Part shown: positions 1 to 5,730 of the stretch, one piece after another | How positions within the stretch are numbered: position 1 is the stretch's first letter | Layout of the letters: every line of letters starts with the position of its first letter | DNA from: an uncultured Bacteroidales bacterium | GTDB lineage: Bacteria; Pseudomonadota; Alphaproteobacteria; Rs-D84 | Assembly (NCBI GenBank): GCA_964514455.1 | Contig: CAZEWI010000032.1 | Span: 1-8,780 of the forward strand | Direction: 5' to 3' | Length of the DNA stretch: 8,780 nt | Notes under the pieces: model-generated | The model's database searches: none | What the model saw: the letters and a program-made list of their open reading frames with translations, nothing else | Told to the model about the DNA's origin: nothing | Made by a program: the position numbers and the translations under genes

Positions 1-74
1 TTTTCCCTCTCCATCGCCAGAGGGGGAGGACGAAATCGCCCTAGCGATTTCAGGAGGGGGTGTCCATCCTTCCT
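1..74. repeat. GC-rich structured non-coding segment: pyrimidine tract, purine tract, perfect hairpin, mirror purine tract, pyrimidine tract
   Basis: Read directly. ccctct (5-10) pairs with agaggg (19-24). gaaatcgc (32-39) pairs with gcgatttc (44-51) as a perfect 8-bp stem with the 4-nt loop ccta. gggggagga (22-30) is the exact mirror image of aggaggggg (52-60). Pyrimidine runs lie at 1-12 and 64-76. GC content is far above the rest of the window. The segment is cut by the window edge, so its full extent is unknown. Confidence 0.6.
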
Positions 75-125
75 TTGTCATTCAGAGGCGACTCTGTCGC
101 CGTGGAATCCAATCTAATACACAAC
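75..125. repeat. Hairpin-forming repeat element, copy A (ttgtcatt...gaatcc...ctaat...caac)
   Basis: ggcgac (87-92) pairs with gtcgcc (96-101), loop tct. The stem is extended by attc (80-83) pairing with gaat (105-108). Termini match copy B: the first 8 nt are identical, followed by a shared gagg, aatc[c/t], ctaat and a terminal caac. Confidence 0.55.
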
Positions 126-176
126 TTGTCATTGCGAGGGCCCTTACCCGAAGCAATCTCAAACTAATTTAGCAAC
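126..176. repeat. Hairpin-forming repeat element, copy B (ttgtcattgcgagg...cgaagcaatct...)
   Basis: This copy directly abuts copy A with a 51-nt period. attgc (131-135) pairs with gcaat (153-157), with an inner ggg/ccc pairing. The motif gtcattgcgagg...cgaagcaatc resembles, from memory, palindromic repeat families of Rickettsia-like endosymbionts; this is not verified. The tail (159-176) overlaps the rsmE stop codon and last codons. Confidence 0.5.
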
Positions 177-836
177 AGCAACGATAGCAGCAGTTTCCGC
201 CCGAAGAATAGTTTTTCCCAAATTGACGGGCTTAGCCCCTGCTTGCTCCATAGCAGCAAATTCACTTTCCGAGAATCCACCTTCCGGCCCAATAAGAACA
301 GCGAATTCGTCATCAGGCTTTTTAACCGAGCAATCAGGCAACCTCTCATCAGCAAAATAAATCGGAGCCTTCCATTTTTTCAAAAATTCCGCTAATTTAA
401 CAGGCTCAGCCAATTCAGGCACATCATTTCTAGCGCATTGTTCTGATGCTTCAATAATAATTTTTTTGAATCTGTCCATTTTCATTCTAGGCTGATTTAC
501 GAATTCAGTAATAATAGGTTGAATTTTCTGAACACCAAGTTCAGTAGCCTTTTCAATCAGCCATTCAAACCTAGCGGGTTTAATAACGGCGACTGCGAGA
601 CACACAGGAACAGAGCGAATAGAATTATCAGATATATTTTCAACCTTCAATTCGGATTTATTTTTCCCTAGCGAGCAAATCATAGTGCGAAATTCCACAC
701 CATTATTAAACAGGAATATATCATCGCCCTCTTTCAATCGCAAAACATCAGAGATATAATGAGTCTCAGCCTTTTGGAACTGAACGACTTGCCCCAGCAT
801 TAGTTTATCGGGAAAATACAATCTAACTTTTTTCAT
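159..836 (-). CDS. rsmE: 16S rRNA (uracil1498-N3)-methyltransferase RsmE
   Basis: 225-aa ORF with RsmE hallmarks: an N-terminal PUA-like region (VLRLKEGDDIFLFNNGVEF), KATELGV, EASEQCARNDVPE and C-terminal LIGPEGGFSESE...LGKTILRAETAA. ATG at 836-834, TGA stop at 161-159. Confidence 0.9.
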   Translation of the reverse strand: MKKVRLYFPDKLMLGQVVQFQKAETHYISDVLRLKEGDDIFLFNNGVEFRTMICSLGKNKSELKVENISDNSIRSVPVCLAVAVIKPARFEWLIEKATELGVQKIQPIITEFVNQPRMKMDRFKKIIIEASEQCARNDVPELAEPVKLAEFLKKWKAPIYFADERLPDCSVKKPDDEFAVLIGPEGGFSESEFAAMEQAGAKPVNLGKTILRAETAAIVAVAKLV

Positions 837-843
837 AAGGAAT

Positions 844-852
844 ATTATACCA
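844..852 (-). promoter_or_regulatory. Candidate extended -10 promoter (TGgTATAAT) for rsmE, positioned for a leaderless transcript
   Basis: The minus strand reads tgg-TATAAT-attcctt-ATG. This is a consensus -10 with an upstream TG only 7 nt from the start codon, and the 7 nt contain no Shine-Dalgarno sequence. The -35 is weak (tttcaa at 17-nt spacing). Chance TATAAT matches are common in AT-rich DNA. Confidence 0.35.
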
Positions 853-889
853 CAAAATAAACCATTTTGAAAGAGAAGATTTTTTCAAG

Positions 890-918
890 TTGTTTATTAG
901 AAAAAAATGTGATAAAAT
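890..918 (+). promoter_or_regulatory. Candidate sigma70-type promoter for ftsQ: TTGTTT-N17-TAAAAT with an extended -10 TG
   Basis: ttgttt at 890-895, a 17-nt spacer, tg at 910-911 and taaaat at 913-918. Downstream, the SD GGGAG (934-938) lies 7 nt before the TTG start at 946. This is a pattern match only, in AT-rich DNA. Confidence 0.35.
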
Positions 919-945
919 GAATAGAAAGAATAAGGGAGAAAGTAA

Positions 946-1638
946 TTGAGAAATTCAAAATGGTTTTTCTGGACATCATTAGTAATATGCTTTGGAATGG
1001 TAGGTTATGCGACATTTGAGGTCAGTCGGACACTACTTGGCAAATCGGAGTATGGCCGCTTAAAGAATATAAAGTTTCAACCGGATACAAAAATCATAAA
1101 GCACCAACAAGTAATAGATATCATGGGAATCTCAAACAACACTCCATTATATAAACTAGATTTAAGGAATATTACAGAAAGGATTCAAACAATACCGGAA
1201 ATAGAATCAGTTTCACTAAAAAGGAAAGCAAACAACCAACTAATTGTAAAAATTGCAGAACGAGAACCAATAGCATTATGGCAATTCAACGGACAATATT
1301 ACCCTATTGATAAACAAGGCCGTTTAATAGATAATCCACAAAGCGAAGCGGAATCTGGAATGTATATTTTCATAGGCGACCAGCCCAGTGAAATTCAGGA
1401 AATTATAGATATAGTAAAAAACAATTCTATATTAAAGGAAAACATAAATGCACTAGAATGGATAGAAGATCGCCGTTGGAACATATTATTAAAGAACGGA
1501 ATTACGATAAAACTTCCCGAACAGGGCATAAAAGAAGCGATAGATATAATAAATAAAAAACATAAAAGAAATATGCTCTTAGAGAAAGACATCAGTATAA
1601 TTGATTTAAGAGACTTAAACCGAATGATAATAAAATAA
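946..1638 (+). CDS. ftsQ: Cell division protein FtsQ (N-terminal TM helix plus POTRA domain)
   Basis: 230 aa. The TM segment WFFWTSLVICFGMVGYATF is followed by a POTRA-like region (IKHQQVIDIMGI...LDLRNITERIQTIPEIESVSLKRKANNQLIVKIAEREPIALWQ...YPIDKQGRLI). The TTG start is supported by a well-spaced GGGAG. The TAA stop overlaps the next ATG (TAATG at 1636-1640). Confidence 0.85.
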   Translation: MRNSKWFFWTSLVICFGMVGYATFEVSRTLLGKSEYGRLKNIKFQPDTKIIKHQQVIDIMGISNNTPLYKLDLRNITERIQTIPEIESVSLKRKANNQLIVKIAEREPIALWQFNGQYYPIDKQGRLIDNPQSEAESGMYIFIGDQPSEIQEIIDIVKNNSILKENINALEWIEDRRWNILLKNGITIKLPEQGIKEAIDIINKKHKRNMLLEKDISIIDLRDLNRMIIK

Positions 1639-2852
1639 TGAGTGAAAGAACCGAGAATTTTGTATGTGTAATAGATTTAGGTAGTTCTGAAATCAGGGCT
1701 TGCGGAGCACAAATAGAATTTGGAAAAGTAAAAAAGACATCAATAGGGAAATATAAATTTCCATGTGTATATCAAACAGAATCGGATTTTTTGAAAAATG
1801 CCGAGACAGGAATTTCGTATGTAATGGACAAGATAGAATCCGAATTAAATCACATATTTGAAAGAGTTTGGCTAACTGGGCGAATTGGCGAGACATTCAG
1901 TAAATTATTTATAATCAAGAAAGATTTTGAGAGGCCAACATTTATAAACGAGAGTTTGATTCAAAAATTATTAGAAGAAAAATTAAAATCCACAGCGAAT
2001 AGTGATAGTTTTTTGCTTCATATATTTTCAATTCAATATATCATAGACAATTCGCTTGATAACAAGAATGTAATAAATACTCAAGGCCGTAATTTTTCAT
2101 CAATTTTCCACAGCATACATATAAACGAGACTGATTTAGAGAATCGGATAACGATGTTAAAGAATGCGTATTTAGAGCCGGAAGAATTTTTTGATGAAAT
2201 GACCTGCCTACCTGATATTATCAAAGAAGATATGAAAGAAGACGGAGTTTTAATCATAGATATGGGTGCTGTATCAACAAAATTTGGCTTGATAAAAAAT
2301 AATAAATTATTGCTTTCTGATAAAATTGAGTTGTATGGAGGGGAAGACCTTACAAATGCATTAGCCGAGACATTAGAAACTACAAGGGACATTGCAGAAC
2401 TTGCCAAAATAGAATACGGCAAGACAAATCCTACGAATGCATTACAAGATTTAATAATTCAAAAAGACAATGAAGAGTATTATTTTTCAATATCTGAAAT
2501 TCAAGATTTAATAGTTGGCTGGACGAACGAATTATTCCGCAGTATTTACGATACATTAGAGGGGAAACAATTAGTAAAACAATTTAATAATATAATTTTA
2601 CTAGGGAATGGTTCAAAATTAAAAGGCACAAAAGATATAGCAGAGATGATATTTGACACACCTATTATAACATTAGAATCGCCAGAAGATGCGGTATTAT
2701 TGAGTGCCACAGAAAAGATTTGTTATAAGATATGTGAAGAAATGCAACAAGACGAAAAACATAATCAAGAATGGCAAGATAAGATAAATAATTTTTCAAT
2801 GTGGCTGTCAAAAATATTCAAAAAAAAGCCAAGGGAAATAAAGAATCCAATT
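1638..2852 (+). other. ftsA: FtsA-homologous portion of the fusion ORF, including the FtsA-type C-terminal amphipathic membrane-targeting helix (about 2784-2828)
   Basis: The order of FtsA motifs matches: phosphate-1 DLGSSE, the 1C-domain region, phosphate-2 DMGAVSTK and adenosine motif LLGNGSKL. The sequence INNFSMWLSKIFKKK has hydrophobic residues at i/i+3/i+4/i+7 spacing, like the E. coli FtsA tail. Confidence 0.8.
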
Positions 2853-3482
2853 ATGCCGAGTGTGCTATCATTTGAAAATTATCTCAGTCCGATATTGTAT
2901 AAGGAATTTGATAACAATGGCATAGACATTTTGCATCTTGATATAATGGACGGGAAATATGTGAATAACACGATGGGAAACATAAACGAAGTAAAAACGA
3001 TAAGGAAACTAACCAAAGCATATTTACACACTCATTTAATGATAGAAAATCCAATTGAATATGTGGAAGAATACATCAAAGCGGGCAGTGATATTATTTT
3101 AATTTCATCAGATAGTAATGATTCATTAGAAGCAGTAAAAAAGATAAAATCTCTTGGGAAAAAAGCGGGGGTAGTGATAAAGCCAAGTGTAGGATTATCA
3201 ACAATTCGCGAATTTTTAAGCATTGTAGATGAAGTCTTAGTAATGACGGTAGAACCTGGGTTTAGCGGGCAATCCTTTATGAGCAAAGAATTAGAGAGAA
3301 TCCGCAAATTATACGAATACAGGGCCAGGCATCAATTAAATTGGGTAATATCTGTTGATGGTGGAATAAATCCAGAAACATACCAATTTTGCAAAATTGC
3401 TGGAGCAGACAGATTTGTAGTAGGCTCATATTTAGCACAAGCAGAAAACCTAAAACAGGCAATAAAAAACTTCAAAATATAA
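1638..3482 (+). CDS. Single ORF encoding FtsA (actin-like cell division ATPase) fused in frame to ribulose-phosphate 3-epimerase
   Basis: The 614-aa frame is uninterrupted. Residues 1-397 align in my reading with FtsA, including VIDLGSSE, GVLIIDMGAVSTK...GGEDLTNALA...AELAKIEYG, ILLGNGSKLKG and a terminal amphipathic helix. Residues 406-614 are a full-length Rpe. As a product, the fusion depends on the exact length of an A8 run (see findings). Confidence 0.8.
   Translation: MSERTENFVCVIDLGSSEIRACGAQIEFGKVKKTSIGKYKFPCVYQTESDFLKNAETGISYVMDKIESELNHIFERVWLTGRIGETFSKLFIIKKDFERPTFINESLIQKLLEEKLKSTANSDSFLLHIFSIQYIIDNSLDNKNVINTQGRNFSSIFHSIHINETDLENRITMLKNAYLEPEEFFDEMTCLPDIIKEDMKEDGVLIIDMGAVSTKFGLIKNNKLLLSDKIELYGGEDLTNALAETLETTRDIAELAKIEYGKTNPTNALQDLIIQKDNEEYYFSISEIQDLIVGWTNELFRSIYDTLEGKQLVKQFNNIILLGNGSKLKGTKDIAEMIFDTPIITLESPEDAVLLSATEKICYKICEEMQQDEKHNQEWQDKINNFSMWLSKIFKKKPREIKNPIMPSVLSFENYLSPILYKEFDNNGIDILHLDIMDGKYVNNTMGNINEVKTIRKLTKAYLHTHLMIENPIEYVEEYIKAGSDIILISSDSNDSLEAVKKIKSLGKKAGVVIKPSVGLSTIREFLSIVDEVLVMTVEPGFSGQSFMSKELERIRKLYEYRARHQLNWVISVDGGINPETYQFCKIAGADRFVVGSYLAQAENLKQAIKNFKI
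2820..2827 (+). other. A8 homopolymer at the FtsA/Rpe junction, containing an in-frame A_AAA_AAG heptamer (2822-2828)
   Basis: Read directly: ttc aaa aaa aag cca. It lies immediately after the FtsA amphipathic helix and 25 nt before the rpe ATG. Confidence 0.9.
2853..3482 (+). other. rpe: Ribulose-phosphate 3-epimerase portion, beginning at an in-frame ATG where free-standing Rpe proteins normally start
   Basis: MPSVLSF corresponds to the canonical PSILSADF start. HLDIMDG, HTHLM, MTVEPGFSGQSF and SVDGGIN retain the His/Asp/His/Asp metal-catalytic set of Rpe. The C-terminal GADRFVVGSY is also present. There is no convincing SD in front of ATG 2853; the nearest GGGA is 16 nt upstream. Confidence 0.85.
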
Positions 3483-3520
3483 ACTTGATTTTAAGATAAG
3501 TATAAATTAAAATCAGACTT

Positions 3521-4696
3521 ATGAAAAAGATTATATTTAGTTTATTGATTAGCATTTTATCAAGTGAATCCGTATTGGCATTTACCACTACGGCAAAGTC
3601 AGCATATTTAATTGATTTTGATTCAGGCGAAGTAATATACGAAAAGAATGCGGACGAATTGATGGCTCCATCGTCCATGTTAAAATTGATGACATTGTAT
3701 ATGTTGTTTGATTCTATTGAAAGGGGGAAAACAACACTTGAAACAGAAATGTCAGTAAGTGAGAATGCGGATTTTAATTTACCAAAGTTTTACACAGCAT
3801 CAAAGATATGCCTTGAAAAAGGTCAAAAATTAAAGGCTATTGATGCTATTCGTGGAATCATCGTTATGTCTGGCGGAGATGCATCTGTCGTAGTTGCGGA
3901 ACACTTATCAGGCAGTGAAGAAAAATTTGCATCAGATATGGAAAAAATGGCCAGAAAAATTGGAATGGAGAAATCAACATTTGCGAATGCAACTGGATTG
4001 CCAGATAAAAACAATTTAATGACCAGTCGTGAACTTGCGATACTTGCGGAAAAAATAATTCGCAAATATCCAGATTTATACGAGTATTTCAAATTAAAAT
4101 CATTTGAATATGACGGATATAAAAACGATTGGTGTAAAACATGGGGTGAAAATCACACATCAAATTATAATAAATTATTATTTATGTCTCCATCATCTGA
4201 CGGCTTAAAGACAGGCCATACAGTTGAGGGAGGATATGGTTTAGTCAGCAGTGCGAACCGAAAAAATCGCCGTTTAATTTCGGTAATAAACGGATTCAAG
4301 GGCAAAGATCATTTTGCTCTGGCGCGAGAAAGTCAAAAATTATTAGATTACGGATATACAGAAACAAAAAACAAAACATATTTTAATTCGGACGATATAA
4401 TTACGAAAATACAAACTTGGTATGGGGCCAAGGATTATGTTCAAGGAACAGTAAAAGATCCAATAACCATAACAAATAAACTGAATGAAAATCCAGAAAT
4501 CCGAATATACACACGACATAAAACATACATTCCAGCCCCAATAAAAAAAGGCGAAGAGATTGGAACAATTTACATTGAAAAAAATGGCAAAATTATAAAA
4601 CAAGTTCCAATGGTTGCTGCGGAAAAAGTGAATAAACTTTGGTTCCTAGGCAGGATTTTCCGAACAATAAATATCTTTTTAACTGGTGAAAAATAA
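3521..4696 (+). CDS. Secreted D-alanyl-D-alanine carboxypeptidase (peptidase S11, PBP5/6 type) with PBP5-C domain and C-terminal amphipathic anchor
   Basis: 391 aa. Signal peptide MKKIIFSLLISILSSESVLA|F. SxxK motif SMLK (3674-3685), KTG motif (4208-4216), and SGG where SxN is expected (3869-3877). Family-typical stretches LSGSEEKFA and RRLISVINGF are present. The C-terminal KLWFLGRIFRTINIFL resembles a membrane anchor. Confidence 0.9.
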   Translation: MKKIIFSLLISILSSESVLAFTTTAKSAYLIDFDSGEVIYEKNADELMAPSSMLKLMTLYMLFDSIERGKTTLETEMSVSENADFNLPKFYTASKICLEKGQKLKAIDAIRGIIVMSGGDASVVVAEHLSGSEEKFASDMEKMARKIGMEKSTFANATGLPDKNNLMTSRELAILAEKIIRKYPDLYEYFKLKSFEYDGYKNDWCKTWGENHTSNYNKLLFMSPSSDGLKTGHTVEGGYGLVSSANRKNRRLISVINGFKGKDHFALARESQKLLDYGYTETKNKTYFNSDDIITKIQTWYGAKDYVQGTVKDPITITNKLNENPEIRIYTRHKTYIPAPIKKGEEIGTIYIEKNGKIIKQVPMVAAEKVNKLWFLGRIFRTINIFLTGEK

Positions 4697-5730
4697 TGGC
4701 CCGAAAAAAATCCGAAGAGATATCAGAATCAGTATTAAAACAACAACCAAAATATACGGTAAATGTCTATGGGCACAAGGAAATTGAGTCAAATTTTATC
4801 AAAGAATGGAACAATCGTGATAAAATTGCGATACACCCAGTTTGGTTATTATCTGGCGAAAACGGCATAGGAAAAGCAACTCTGGCTTACAAGATAGCCC
4901 GATTTGTATTCAGAACGATGCACTTATCATCTGACGGAATGTTCGGAGATGAAAGGCCTACAAGCATGGACGAAACCGAGAATGATAGCACATATCAAAA
5001 AATGCTAAGCGGTGGCTTTGGGGACTTTTTCACCTTATCAACTATACAAGAAGACGGCACATTTTCAGCAATAAAATTGGACGACATTTTAGAAATAATC
5101 AGCAGATTACAATTGACCTCAATGGAGGGCGAATGGCGGGTATGTATAATTGATAAACTGGACGGAATGAACAGGAATTGTGCGAATTCATTATTAAAGA
5201 TATTGGAAGAGCCACCAGAAAAAACATTATTTATTTTAATAGCGGACAAATTATCAAGTGTATTACCAACAATCAGATCTCGTTCACATGTTGAAAAACT
5301 CAGTCCATTATCGGATGTAAATCTCAGGAAAGTAATTTATGACAGAAAACCAGACATTGATTTAACCGAGGATTTAATATTTTTATCAAACGGCTCAGCG
5401 GGCAAAGCGATGTATTTGATAAACAACGGAGAAATTGAATTTTTCAAGGAATTACAGGACCTACTTTACAACTCGGAAATTGGAACAAGAAACATAATGA
5501 ATTTTTCAAAAAAAGCATACAGAAAACCGGATGTATTTAGCAGTATCATAGCAATTTTACTTGATATAATTCACAGGGAAGCATTAAAAAATCCAAGCAG
5601 TGAAAAATCGTTAGAGTTATCAAATTTATATAAAGAAACATCGGAACTTGCGAAAAGAACGACATCGGTATATTTAGATTATGAAACAGTTTTAATGCAG
5701 ATAATTCAAAGGATAAGGAAATGTTTATAG
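4696..5730 (+). CDS. holB: DNA polymerase III subunit delta prime
   Basis: 344 aa. Motifs: HPVWLLSGENGIGKATLAYKIARFVF (AAA+ P-loop region), RVCIIDKLDGMNRNCANSLLKILEEPPEKTLFILIA, and TIRSRS (the SRC-type sensor position). The ATG overlaps the preceding TAA (TAATG at 4694-4698). Confidence 0.9.
   Translation: MARKKSEEISESVLKQQPKYTVNVYGHKEIESNFIKEWNNRDKIAIHPVWLLSGENGIGKATLAYKIARFVFRTMHLSSDGMFGDERPTSMDETENDSTYQKMLSGGFGDFFTLSTIQEDGTFSAIKLDDILEIISRLQLTSMEGEWRVCIIDKLDGMNRNCANSLLKILEEPPEKTLFILIADKLSSVLPTIRSRSHVEKLSPLSDVNLRKVIYDRKPDIDLTEDLIFLSNGSAGKAMYLINNGEIEFFKELQDLLYNSEIGTRNIMNFSKKAYRKPDVFSSIIAILLDIIHREALKNPSSEKSLELSNLYKETSELAKRTTSVYLDYETVLMQIIQRIRKCL

Noticed and set aside
85-112. A tRNA-like T-arm impression (gtcgccgtggaatcc).
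   Set aside because: The loop does not match the TTCGAAT/TTCAAAT consensus. No acceptor, D or anticodon arms can be built around it. The hairpin is explained by the palindromic repeat.
1-117. Frame +1 is open from the window edge to TAA at 115-117 (FSLSIARGGGRNRPSDFRRGCPSFLCHSEATLSPWNPI). This could be the 3' end of an upstream gene.
   Set aside because: The composition (54% GC, nested hairpins, purine/pyrimidine tracts) is unlike every real gene in the window, and the peptide looks like translated repeat DNA. It cannot be excluded without the upstream sequence, so it is not called as a CDS.
75-176. The two adjacent ~51-nt repeats as a possible CRISPR array.
   Set aside because: There are only two copies, directly abutting with no spacer. 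Their central regions differ strongly, and no cas genes are present.
2081-2422. A 113-aa minus-strand ORF antisense to ftsA, together with the other antisense or alternate-frame ORFs in the track (164-355, 1395-1592, 1693-1896, 3032-3307, 3277-3462, 3472-3678, 3823-4092, 4343-4603, 4995-5249, 5546-5734, 6242-6505, 6487-6678, 6746-6961, 8174-8410).
   Set aside because: All lie inside or overlap strongly supported genes on the other strand or in another frame. Their translations are low-complexity Ser/Ile/Phe/Leu-rich, as expected from the antisense of Lys/Glu/Asn-rich coding sequence. I recognise no motifs in them, and none has a convincing SD.
3483-3520. The inverted repeat ataagt...acttat, just upstream of the carboxypeptidase ATG, as a terminator or translational regulator.
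   Set aside because: It is a 6-bp all-weak stem with a 15-nt loop and no T-run. Such a match is expected by chance in AT-rich DNA.
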